Shown here one piece after another: positions 49,561-58,056 of a stretch of DNA of 64,000 nucleotides. Positions within the stretch are counted from its first letter, which is position 1. Every line of letters starts with the position of its first letter. The translations under genes were made by a program, and so were the position numbers. Origin of the DNA: Deltaproteobacteria bacterium. Lineage in GTDB: Bacteria; Myxococcota_A; UBA9160; UBA6930. The stretch covers positions 3,408-67,407 of the forward strand of contig JAPPPQ010000005.1 in assembly GCA_028817435.1 (NCBI GenBank), in the 5' to 3' direction. The notes under the pieces are model-generated. The model was not told where the DNA came from. It searched no databases and was given only the letters and a program-made list of their open reading frames with translations.

Positions 49561-50251
49561 CGTTGAGATCGCAGCCCAGAAAAGTGCGGCCCTGGTTGCG
49601 GCAGGCCCGCAGCACCGAAAAAGAACCCGCCGCCGGATCCACGATCAAATCGCCCGGCGCGCTCACCGCCTCAATCAAGCGCTCCTGCAATCCGACGGGC
49701 TTGGGATGGACGCCGTGGCTCCGGTCAACGCGCTCGTCCCACACATCGGGAATATCGTGGCGCTTCCACACGCCCTTTGCGCGCCGGGGCGCTTTTTGCA
49801 GCACCACCAAATGCTCGCTGCAACGCCGCGTGCGGTAGCCCATTCCCATGCGCTGCTTGTTCCAGGTGATCATATCCACCGTGACGAGTCCGGTCCCGGC
49901 AATCCAGCCGCCGAAGCCGGTGCAAAGGTGAAACTTGTCCATCCACAGAAACAAGTGCCCGCTGGGCATGAGCACCCGGTCCAGGGCCGAAACGAATTCG
50001 CAAATTGCATCCTGCGTCATCTGCGGAAGCAACACGCGCCGCCGCCCGCGCTTTTCGCCCTCGTTGCCGTAGGACTGCCTGTCCAAAATTCCCCGATACT
50101 GCGGATCGAAGAACGCCGCGGCGGCCGCGCCCGCCGGAATCCGGGCGAGCATATTCCGCCCGTCCATCTTCAACCGCGCGCCGAAGGCCAGCCCCGCCGG
50201 CGCTGCGGGCAAAGGCGCAGGCGGCGGGACGATTCGCTCTGCCGAATACAC
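49556..50251 (-). CDS. Small beta-class DNA methyltransferase (DPQY motif IV variant)
   Basis: 3' part of track ORF 49556..50509. Motif IV is AAAFFDPQYRG. HPKPVGLQERLIEAV precedes motif I, LIVDPAAGSFSVLRACRNQGRTFLGCDLN. The start is uncertain: GTG at 50251 or 50263, or ATG at 50167. Line 49921-49980 is 33/60 G+C by hand count. Confidence 0.8.
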   Translation of the reverse strand: MYSAERIVPPPAPLPAAPAGLAFGARLKMDGRNMLARIPAGAAAAAFFDPQYRGILDRQSYGNEGEKRGRRRVLLPQMTQDAICEFVSALDRVLMPSGHLFLWMDKFHLCTGFGGWIAGTGLVTVDMITWNKQRMGMGYRTRRCSEHLVVLQKAPRRAKGVWKRHDIPDVWDERVDRSHGVHPKPVGLQERLIEAVSAPGDLIVDPAAGSFSVLRACRNQGRTFLGCDLNG

Positions 50252-50375
50252 CGAGGCGCTCACAACCGGCGATGCTACCACCTCCCGCCGCGCGCCACAT
50301 TCGCCGCCGGGCCGGCGGGTTGCGCGGAGGGGCGGGGGATAGCAGGCTTGGGGGCTCTTGCGGAAAGGAGGCGCC

Positions 50376-51326
50376 GTGGCCCGCCGCACCATCGGGTTTC
50401 CCCTCGCGCTCGGCATCGTGCTGTGCGTGATTGCCCTTACGCTGGGCATTGGCTGGCAGCTCATCGTCGTGGGCGATCTCGGCCCGGTGACTCGCGGCCT
50501 CACCCGCATTCACTGGCTGCTGATCATTCTCGGCTCGCTGTTTTTCGTGCTGATCATTGTGGGGCTGCTGCTGCTGTGCCTGTGGCTGGTGCGCGAGATT
50601 CGCTCGGGGCAGCAGCAGCAGGCGTTTCTGGACGCTGTGACCCACGAGATGAAGACGCCGCTGGCGGCGCTGCGCCTCTACCTGGAAACCCTGGAGCGCC
50701 GCGATGTGGACGCCGCGCAGCGCCGCCGCTTTCTGTCGCACATGGCGCTGGATGTGGAGCGGCTGGACCGCACCGTTTCGCAGGTGCTGGCGGCGGCCCG
50801 CGCCGAGGGCCGCGCGGCGGGGCGCGCGCGCGGCGAGCCGGTGGCGCTCGGCGCGCTGATCGAGCGCATTGCCGAGGACATCCGCCGCCGCCACGCGCTC
50901 GCCGAAGACGCCATTTGCATTGCGCACGACGGCGCGCCCTCCGCGCGCGGCGCAGAGGACGAGCTCGGCATGGTGTTCCGCAATCTGCTGGACAACGCGG
51001 TGAAATACTCGAAGCCGCCCGTGCGCGTTTCGGTGCGCATTGCGGAAGCCGAGGGCGGGCGCGTCGCCGTCGAGATCACCGACCGCGGCATCGGCATCGG
51101 GCAGCGCGAACTGAACAAGATCTTCCGGCGCTTCTACCGCGCCGGCGCCGTCCGCCCCATGGCCGGCGAGCTCGGCAAGCAGGTTTTCCGGCAGGCGGGA
51201 CTGGGCCTGGGCCTGTTCATTGTGCGCAGCCTGGTGCGGCGCGGCGGCGGCAATGTCGAAGCGCGCAGCGAGGGCGAGGGGCGGGGCAGCCGCTTCCGCG
51301 TGCTGCTTCCCGGTGCGGGGGAGTAA
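50376..51326 (+). CDS. Sensor histidine kinase (two N-terminal TM helices, no obvious sensor domain)
   Basis: Track ORF 50358..51326. I prefer the GTG at 50376, 5 nt after AAGGAGG. H-box AVTHEMKTPLAAL, N-box FRNLLDNAVKYS, G-boxes ITDRGIGI and GLGLGLFIV. Confidence 0.88.
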   Translation: MARRTIGFPLALGIVLCVIALTLGIGWQLIVVGDLGPVTRGLTRIHWLLIILGSLFFVLIIVGLLLLCLWLVREIRSGQQQQAFLDAVTHEMKTPLAALRLYLETLERRDVDAAQRRRFLSHMALDVERLDRTVSQVLAAARAEGRAAGRARGEPVALGALIERIAEDIRRRHALAEDAICIAHDGAPSARGAEDELGMVFRNLLDNAVKYSKPPVRVSVRIAEAEGGRVAVEITDRGIGIGQRELNKIFRRFYRAGAVRPMAGELGKQVFRQAGLGLGLFIVRSLVRRGGGNVEARSEGEGRGSRFRVLLPGAGE

Positions 51327-52025
51327 ATGCCGCGCATTCTGGTCGTCGAAGACGAGGAGCACCTCGCCGAGGGACTCGCCTTCAACCTGGAGGCCGAGGG
51401 CTTTGAGGTCGAGCTGCAGAGCGCGGGCGATACCGCGCTGCAGCGCATCGGCGCGGAGCCGCCCCTCGATCTCATCATCCTGGACCTGATGCTGCCGGGG
51501 CTTTCCGGTTTCGAGGTGGCGCGCCGCGCCCGGGCCACGGGAAACTATGTGCCCATTCTCATGCTCACCGCCAAGGACAATCCGCAGGACATTGTGCGCG
51601 GCATGGAACTGGGCGCGGACGATTACCTGACCAAGCCCTTCAAGCTCGACGAGCTCGTGGCGCGGGTGCGCGCGCTGCTGCGGCGGCGGCGCTGGGACGG
51701 CGCGGACGACGAAGCCGGACCTGCGCCGCCGGAACGCTTCGGGCGGGTGACCGTGCACTTCGACCGCCTCGAGATTGAACGCCCCGGCGGCGTCCTGCAG
51801 CTCACGCCGCTCGAAGCCAGCCTGCTGCACGCGCTGATCGCGCGGGAGGGCGAGGTGATTACCCGCGGCGAATTGCTGGAAACCGTGTGGGGGCTGCGGC
51901 CCGACACGCGCACCCGGGTGGTGGACAGCTTCGTGGTGCGCCTGCGCCGCTATGTGGAGGAGAAACCGGAGCGCCCGCGCCACATCGTCTCGGTGCGGGG
52001 GCGCGGCTACCGCTTCGTGCGCTGA
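51327..52025 (+). CDS. OmpR/PhoB-family response regulator
   Basis: Track ORF 51327..52025; the ATG immediately follows the kinase TAA. Receiver ILVVEDEE, LIILDLMLPG and DDYLTKPF. Winged helix LTPLEASLLHAL...VSVRGRGYRF. Confidence 0.92.
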   Translation: MPRILVVEDEEHLAEGLAFNLEAEGFEVELQSAGDTALQRIGAEPPLDLIILDLMLPGLSGFEVARRARATGNYVPILMLTAKDNPQDIVRGMELGADDYLTKPFKLDELVARVRALLRRRRWDGADDEAGPAPPERFGRVTVHFDRLEIERPGGVLQLTPLEASLLHALIAREGEVITRGELLETVWGLRPDTRTRVVDSFVVRLRRYVEEKPERPRHIVSVRGRGYRFVR

Positions 52026-53008
52026 GCCGGAGCCGGCGGGCCGAGTCCCGCCGCTTCCCGGGCCGCCGCCAGCACGGGCTGCATCAGGGCGCGGGCGCGG
52101 CGCGCGCCTTCGCGCAGAACATCCTCAACATCGTCGGGCCGGGCGGCCAGTTCGGCGCGGCGCGCGCTCATTTCGCCGAAGTAAGTGCAGATGCGCTCGG
52201 CCAAATCCCGCTTCACCTCGCCGTAGCCCAGCCCGCCGCGCGCGGCGCGCGCGAACATCTCCTCGCGCTCGGCCGCCGTTGCAAAGAGCGCCCACAGCCG
52301 GAACAGCGCCTGCTCCGTATTCTTTGGATCCGCCACGGGCGTCGAGTCGGTGACAATCGCCATGACCGCCTTGCGAAGCTTTGCGGGGGGCCAGAACATG
52401 CGAAGCGCATTGTCGTAGCTCTTCGACATTTTGCGCCCGTCCACACCGGGCACCACCGCCACATCGGGCAGCACATAGGGCTCCGGCAGCCGGAACACTT
52501 CTGCGCCGTAGGCGTGGTTGAAGTGGTTGGCCATATCGCGGGTCATCTCCAGGTGCTGCTTCTGGTCCTGGCCGACGGGAACGATATCGGGGTTGTATTG
52601 CAGAATATCGGCCGCCATCAGCACCGGGTAGGAGAACAGGCCATGGCCGGGACTCTGACCCGCCGCCAGCTTGTCCTTGTAAGAGTGCGCGCGCTGCAGC
52701 AATCCCATCGGCGTCACCGTCGAGAGCAGCCAGGTGAGCTCTGTGGTTTCGGGCAAATCGGACTGGCGGTAGAGAATCGAGCGTGCCGGATCCAAACCGC
52801 TGGCCAGGTAGTCAAGGGCCAGGTCGCGCACAAACTCGCGGCGGCGCGCCGCCCGGCGCAGCGAGGTCATCGAGTGGTAATCTGCGACGAAGTAAATGCC
52901 CTCGGCGCGGTCCTGCAGAGCGACATGCTGGCGCACTGCGCCGAAGTAATTGCCGATGTGAAGCGGGCCCGTGGGCTGCAGGCCGCTCAGGCTGCGCAGT
53001 TTTCCCAT
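52007..53008 (-). CDS. trpS: Tryptophanyl-tRNA synthetase
   Basis: Track ORF 52007..53008. Class I signatures SGLQPTGPLHIGNYFG (HIGH) and GRKMSKSYDN (KMSKS). Its 3' end overlaps the convergent response-regulator gene by 19 nt. Confidence 0.93.
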   Translation of the reverse strand: MGKLRSLSGLQPTGPLHIGNYFGAVRQHVALQDRAEGIYFVADYHSMTSLRRAARRREFVRDLALDYLASGLDPARSILYRQSDLPETTELTWLLSTVTPMGLLQRAHSYKDKLAAGQSPGHGLFSYPVLMAADILQYNPDIVPVGQDQKQHLEMTRDMANHFNHAYGAEVFRLPEPYVLPDVAVVPGVDGRKMSKSYDNALRMFWPPAKLRKAVMAIVTDSTPVADPKNTEQALFRLWALFATAAEREEMFARAARGGLGYGEVKRDLAERICTYFGEMSARRAELAARPDDVEDVLREGARRARALMQPVLAAAREAAGLGPPAPAQRTKR

Positions 53009-53049
53009 GGCGCCAGAGTAGCGGCGCGGCGCGGCGAGTCGAACCCGGC

Positions 53050-54000
53050 TCAGCGCGGATCGTCCACCGGGCAGAGCCAGTGCGCGAAGGCGGAATCTCC
53101 ACCGGTGTTGATGCGCTGAAAGCGCTCGGCGAGGGCGGCTGTTACCGGGCCGGGGCAGGCGCTGCCGACGGGGCGGTCGTCCAGCGAGGCCACGGGCATG
53201 ACGCCGGCCCCGGTGCCGGTGAGAAATGCCTCGGCGGCGCCGGCCAGAGACTCCATCGAAAGCGGCGCCTCTATTACGCGGCGCCCCTCGCTCCCGGCCA
53301 GTTCCATCAGCGAGCGCCGCGTCACCCCCGGCAGCACGGATTGCAGCGGCGGCGTGCAGAGCGCGCCCGAGCCATCCACCAGAAAAAAGTTTGTGGTGGG
53401 CCCCTCGGCGAGAAAACCCCGCTCGTCCACCAGCAGCACATCGTCATAGCCGCGCCGCCGCGCCGACCACTTCGCCAGCATGGGCGAGGTGTAGTTGGCC
53501 GCCACTTTCGCGTGGGGATGCAAAATGTCGGCGCGGCGCTGGCGGCGCTCCTTTTCGATCCACAGGCGCAGCGCCTGGGGCGGCTCCGGCGGCGGCGGCG
53601 ATTTGTGCGCCAGCACATCGGCCTGCGGATCGAAGGCGGCGGCGGCAATGGAGACGCGCTCGTCCGCGGGCACCACATCCACCTCTACCGAGGGCAAATA
53701 TGCGTTGAGTTTGACGACGCGGGCGCCGGGGTTGCTGCGCACTGCCGCCCGGCAGGCTTCGCGCAGTTCGCCCGCGCTGCACTCCATGGGCAGGCCCACC
53801 AGGCTGCAGGAGTGCAAAAAGCGCTCGATGTGGTCGTCCAGGCGAAAGATCGCCGCGCCGCGCGGCGTGTGACAGACGCGCATATAGTCGAAGACCAATC
53901 CGCCCCGGGCCGCGCAGTGCGAGAGCACATGCACCCGCGCCGCGTCCCAGGGGACCAGTTCGCCATCGAGCCAGATGCAACGGCCTGCGCCCTCGGACAT
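53050..54000 (-). CDS. Class IV aminotransferase (branched-chain amino acid aminotransferase-like)
   Basis: Track ORF 53050..54075; ATG at 54000 (MSEGAGRCIWLDGELVPW). Catalytic-lysine region HAKVAANYTSPMLAK, plus EGPTTNFFLV, VLPGVTR and EAFLTGT. Confidence 0.82.
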   Translation of the reverse strand: MSEGAGRCIWLDGELVPWDAARVHVLSHCAARGGLVFDYMRVCHTPRGAAIFRLDDHIERFLHSCSLVGLPMECSAGELREACRAAVRSNPGARVVKLNAYLPSVEVDVVPADERVSIAAAAFDPQADVLAHKSPPPPEPPQALRLWIEKERRQRRADILHPHAKVAANYTSPMLAKWSARRRGYDDVLLVDERGFLAEGPTTNFFLVDGSGALCTPPLQSVLPGVTRRSLMELAGSEGRRVIEAPLSMESLAGAAEAFLTGTGAGVMPVASLDDRPVGSACPGPVTAALAERFQRINTGGDSAFAHWLCPVDDPR

Positions 54001-54019
54001 GGCGCGCAGTGTAGCCGGA

Positions 54020-54739
54020 TCAGGCGACCGGGCGCAGCTCGTCCTGCGCCACCCGCCCGTCCTCCACGCGGACAATGCGCCGGGCGCGCGCCATCACCCG
54101 CGGATCGTGGGTGGCGAACAAAAAAGTGAGTCCGCGCTCCCGGTTCAGCCGCTCCATCAGATCGAGCAGCCGCGCGGCGTTTTCCGAATCGAGATTGGCG
54201 GTGGGCTCGTCGGCGAGGACCACCGCCGGTTGCGCGGCGATGGCGCGGGCAAAGGCGACGCGCTGCTGCTGCCCGCCCGAGAGCTCGTCCGGGCGGCGCT
54301 GCTCCATGCCGCCGAGTCCCACTTCGCCGAGCAGGCGCAGCACCTGCGCGCGGCGCTCTGCGCGCGGCACGCCCTGCAACGCCAGCACCATCTCGGTGTT
54401 TTCGCAGGCGCTGAGCACCGGCACCAGGTTGTAGGACTGGAAGACAAAGCCGATGCGGTCGCGGCGCATGGCGCTGCGCTCGCGCTGGCTCATATTGCCG
54501 AGCTCGCGCCCCTCCAGGCGGACGCTACCGCTGCTCGGCCGGTCCAGCGCGCCGATCACATTCAGCAGCGTCGTCTTGCCCGATCCCGATGGGCCGCAGA
54601 TGGCGGTGAATTCGCCGCGCGCAATCTGCAGGTTGAGTCCGCGCAGCGCGTGCACCTCATGCGCGCCCTGCCGATACACCCGGGTCACCGCCTCAATCTC
54701 GACGATGCTCTCCGGCTGCGGAGTCTGTTGCTTTTCCAC
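54020..54739 (-). CDS. ABC transporter ATP-binding protein (MacB/LolD-like)
   Basis: Track ORF 54020..54799; GTG at 54739 after GAGGAG. Walker A GPSGSGKTT, signature LSGGQQQRVA, Walker B VVLADEPT. Confidence 0.92.
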   Translation of the reverse strand: MEKQQTPQPESIVEIEAVTRVYRQGAHEVHALRGLNLQIARGEFTAICGPSGSGKTTLLNVIGALDRPSSGSVRLEGRELGNMSQRERSAMRRDRIGFVFQSYNLVPVLSACENTEMVLALQGVPRAERRAQVLRLLGEVGLGGMEQRRPDELSGGQQQRVAFARAIAAQPAVVLADEPTANLDSENAARLLDLMERLNRERGLTFLFATHDPRVMARARRIVRVEDGRVAQDELRPVA

Positions 54740-54750
54740 TGCGAAACTCC

Positions 54751-56010
54751 TCACACCAACCGAATGGTCTCGGCGGGATCCACGCGGCCCGCCCGCCACG
54801 CCGGGTAGAGGCCGGCCAGCAGCGTGGCGAGCAGCGCCAGCGCGGTGATCAGCACCGCGCTTCCGGCGTAGAGATCTGCGTGCAGCACGCTCGGCAGGGC
54901 CACGCCCGCCACCTCGGCAGCGCCGCCGCCCATCAGCCCCGAAATATCCAGGCCCACCTCGCGCAGATAATAGTATGGCGCGAGAAAGAGCAGCGCGGCG
55001 GCCGCCACGCCGGTCAGGCCCAGGCAGGCGCTCTCCACCATCACCAGGCCCGTCAGTTGGGCGGGGGCGAAGCCGATGGCGCGCAGCACGCCGAATTCCC
55101 GGCGGCGCTCCATCACGCTCACAAAAAGCGTGTTGAAGATGCCCGCCGCCACCAGCAGCATGACCACCGCTTCCAAAAAGTCCGACGAGGCCACTTCCAT
55201 GGCGATGTAGCCGGCGAGCTCGGGCTGCAAATCGTGCCAGGGCAGCGCGCTGACGGCGCTGCCGCCGAGCTGCACCTGCAGGCGGTCTGCGACGCGCTGC
55301 GCTGCGCGCTGGTCGCGCAAAAACAGGGCGACCTGCACCGCCTCGCCGGGCGCGTAGCCCAGCGATTCGCGCAACGGGGCGATGGGCAGCAGCGCCATTG
55401 CGCCATCCACCCCCGGCGAGCCGCTGCGCAACAGCGCGCGCACGCGCAGCGCCTCCTGCACAATCTCGCCCTGCTTGTCGGTGAGAGTCCAGACGACCTT
55501 GTCGCCGATTCCCACATTCAGCCGCTCTGCCAGGCGCGCGCCGAGCGCAATGCCGCCGCGGCCCCGCGCGTCAAAGAGCGCGGCGCGGGGATCTGCGCCC
55601 GTCTCTGCGTGCATGGCGTCGAGCAGCGAGAGGGTGGTGGCGTCTTCCAGCGCGGGATCGAAGGCGATGAAGACGGCGCCGTAGTTGCGGGCGGCCGAGG
55701 CCAGCATCATCTGCCCCGAAATGCGCGGCGCGGCGCGCAGCACCTCCGGATCGTTGAGGGCGCGGGCGCGCAGCGACTCCGCCGACGGCAGCGAGCGCGA
55801 GAGCGCGGGCGAATCCAGATACGCGGGGTGCTGCAGCGCCACATGGCCGCCGCCGAGCCGCGCGGCCAAATCAATCATCGCGCGCCAGTTGGCATCGCCC
55901 ACGCCGGTGAAGAGCCAGGAGAGCATGGTGCCGAAGGCAATGGACGAGAGCGTGATCAGCGTCCGCCGCCGCCGCCGCCACAAATTGCGCCACGCCATGG
56001 AGAGCAGCAT
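54751..56010 (-). CDS. ABC transporter permease, FtsX/MacB family
   Basis: 3' part of track ORF 54751..56157; ATG at 56010 (MLLSMAWRNLWRRRRRTLITLSSIAFG). Large periplasmic loop, then three C-terminal TM helices (FtsX domain). Confidence 0.85.
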   Translation of the reverse strand: MLLSMAWRNLWRRRRRTLITLSSIAFGTMLSWLFTGVGDANWRAMIDLAARLGGGHVALQHPAYLDSPALSRSLPSAESLRARALNDPEVLRAAPRISGQMMLASAARNYGAVFIAFDPALEDATTLSLLDAMHAETGADPRAALFDARGRGGIALGARLAERLNVGIGDKVVWTLTDKQGEIVQEALRVRALLRSGSPGVDGAMALLPIAPLRESLGYAPGEAVQVALFLRDQRAAQRVADRLQVQLGGSAVSALPWHDLQPELAGYIAMEVASSDFLEAVVMLLVAAGIFNTLFVSVMERRREFGVLRAIGFAPAQLTGLVMVESACLGLTGVAAAALLFLAPYYYLREVGLDISGLMGGGAAEVAGVALPSVLHADLYAGSAVLITALALLATLLAGLYPAWRAGRVDPAETIRLV

Positions 56011-56021
56011 TACACCCCCCG

Positions 56022-57236
56022 CTACGAGTGGCGCATCGCCTGCACCGGATCGAGAAAAGCAGCCCGCAGCGAGGGATAGCAGACCGCGGCGGCGACGATG
56101 AGCAGCAGCGCGAGAATGGGCTCGGCGAACACCGCGGCGTTTACATGGGCGCGCCACACCGGATTCATCGCCACGCCCATGAAGCTCACGCCGGCCAGGC
56201 TGGCGAGGTTGAGTCCCACAACCTGCAGATAATGCAAAAAGGGAGCGGCCAGCGCCGCGCCGGCGGCAATGGCCAGCAGCGAGAGCAAACTGGCTTCGGC
56301 GAGCATCAGCGCGAGGACGCCGCCGGGGCCGACGCCCAGCGCCTTCAGCACGCCGAGTTCGCGGATGCGCTCGAAGACCGCCATGAGCATGGCGTTCAAC
56401 ACCAGAATGGCGACGGCGGCATAGACGATGAAGAACATCACCAGCATTCCGCCGCGCGCGGAATCGAGCAGCGAAGCGAGCGTGGGCATGCGCTCGCGCC
56501 AGGTCTGCACATCGAGTCCCGCGGCGGCGGCGCGAACGGCCTGTGCCGCCGCGGGCAGCGCCAGCGTCCCCGGCCTGCGCACCACAATCTGGTGCGCGCC
56601 CCCCGGCAGCACGAAGAGTTCGCGGAAGGCGGCGGCGGTCATGAACACCCCGGCGCGGTCCGTCGCATCGCCAATGCTCTGCAACACGCCGCGCACGCGG
56701 AACAGGCCCGCGGCCAGCGCGCCATCCGCCCCCTGGCTGAGCGCCACAATCTCTGCGCCCGGCGACACCGCGAGAATGCGCGCGAGCTGCCGCCCGATCA
56801 CAATGCCCTGCGGATCGGCGGAATCCAGCCAGCGCCCCTGCTGCAGGCGCCGGTGGATGCTGCTCACTCCAGAGTCGCTCGCCAGTTCAACGCCGCGAAA
56901 GGAAACGCCCGCCGAAGATTCCTGCGCCGCCGCCATGCCCCATGCCAGCAGCCGCGGGGTGGCGCGGTAGCCCCCGGCGCGCAACCGCGCCAGCAGCGCC
57001 TCGGGCTGCGCGATGCGGGTGTGCAGCGAGGGATCGTCCAGGTAGCCCGCGGCGTGCACCTGCAAATCGCCCACCTCCAGCGCCGTGATGTTGCGCTCCA
57101 TATCGCGCAGATAGCCGCCGAGCAGGCCCGAGTAGAGAATCATCACGCAGAGCGCCAGGGCCATGGCCGCCAGCGTTACCAGCGTCCGCCGCCGGTTGCG
57201 CCACAAATTACGCCAGGCCGTCCGCCAAATCTCCAC
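56022..57236 (-). CDS. ABC transporter permease, FtsX/MacB family
   Basis: Track ORF 56022..57236, GTG start (VEIWRTAWRNLWRNRRRTLVTLAAMALA). Same architecture as the downstream paralogue. Confidence 0.85.
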   Translation of the reverse strand: MEIWRTAWRNLWRNRRRTLVTLAAMALALCVMILYSGLLGGYLRDMERNITALEVGDLQVHAAGYLDDPSLHTRIAQPEALLARLRAGGYRATPRLLAWGMAAAQESSAGVSFRGVELASDSGVSSIHRRLQQGRWLDSADPQGIVIGRQLARILAVSPGAEIVALSQGADGALAAGLFRVRGVLQSIGDATDRAGVFMTAAAFRELFVLPGGAHQIVVRRPGTLALPAAAQAVRAAAAGLDVQTWRERMPTLASLLDSARGGMLVMFFIVYAAVAILVLNAMLMAVFERIRELGVLKALGVGPGGVLALMLAEASLLSLLAIAAGAALAAPFLHYLQVVGLNLASLAGVSFMGVAMNPVWRAHVNAAVFAEPILALLLIVAAAVCYPSLRAAFLDPVQAMRHS

Positions 57237-57346
57237 CCCGCAAGGCTACGCCGCAACGCCCCGCTCCGCACCCAAAGCTGGCGCGCACCGCGCTCGCGCG
57301 GCCGGGCTAGCGCTGGGCGGCGGCGGCCACTACGCTGCGCACTCAG

Positions 57347-57422
57347 GCCAACGTAGCTCAGCTGGCAGAGCAGCTGATTCGTAATCAGCAGGTCGGCGGT
57401 TCGAGTCCGCCCGTTGGCTCCA
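57347..57422 (+). tRNA. tRNA-Thr (anticodon CGU), CCA encoded
   Basis: Folded by hand. Acceptor GCCAACG/CGTTGGC, D arm GCTC-AGCTGGCA-GAGC, anticodon arm GCTGA-TTCGTAA-TCAGC, variable loop AGGTC, T arm GGCGG-TTCGAGT-CCGCC, discriminator T, CCA. 76 nt in total. Confidence 0.93.
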
Positions 57423-57438
57423 AGCTCGTGGATCTGCC

Positions 57439-58056
57439 GTGATTGTAATCGGCCTCACCGGGGGCATTGCGACGGGGAAGTCGACGGTGGCGCGCCATTT
57501 GGCGAGCCTGGGCGCGCGCGTTGTGGATGCGGACCAACTGGGGCACCGCAGCTATGCGCCCGGCGGGCCGGCATACCGCGCCGTCATTGAGGCATTCGGC
57601 CGGGATATCGTCGCGGCGGATGGCAGCATTGACCGCCGGGCACTCGGCGCGCGGGTCTTCGCCGATCCCGCCGAGCTCCAGCGGCTCAGCGCCATTGTCT
57701 GGCCGCAGATCGGCGCGCTGCTGCAGCAAGAGCTGCGCCGCATTGCCCGCGAAGAGCCGGAGGCCGTGGTGGTGATTGAAGCCGCGGTGCTGCTCGAAGC
57801 CGGCTGGACCGGCGAGTTGGACGAGCTCTGGGTGGTGGTGGCCGACCGCGAAATCGCCATGCGCCGCGCGCTGTCCCGGGGCGGTCTCAATGCCGAGGCC
57901 GTGCGGGCGCGCATGGAGGCCCAGCTCAGCAACGAACAGCGCGCCGCCCGCGCCGATCTGGTGCTGGACAACTCCGGCGATTTGCCCGGCCTGCTGGCCC
58001 AGGTAGAATCGGCCTGGCACCGTCCGCCCGGGCGGGTAGCCAGGGGGCGGGGGCGC
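57439..58056 (+). CDS. coaE: Dephospho-CoA kinase; no stop codon of its own, the frame continues into the methyltransferase-like protein
   Basis: 5' end of track ORF 57439..60990, GTG start. P-loop IGLTGGIATGKST. Also VVDADQL, IVWPQI, VVIEAAVLLEAGW, and LVLDNSGDL near the usual C-terminus. The upper coordinate is only where homology ends. Confidence 0.88.
58016..58030. repeat. Left copy of an imperfect direct repeat GGCACC(GT)CCGCCCG bracketing the methyltransferase module
   Basis: Read directly: ggcaccgtccgcccg at 58016-58030. The partner is ggcaccccgcccg at 61019-61031. Confidence 0.45.

Noticed and set aside
45619-52025. The PNP/UDP-family nucleosidase plus a histidine kinase/response regulator pair a few kb away, considered as a Detocs-like defensive two-component system.
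   Set aside because: The phosphorylase is a stand-alone uridine-phosphorylase-like enzyme without a receiver domain. The kinase/regulator pair is an ordinary OmpR-type pair. The genes are separated by topB and a methyltransferase.
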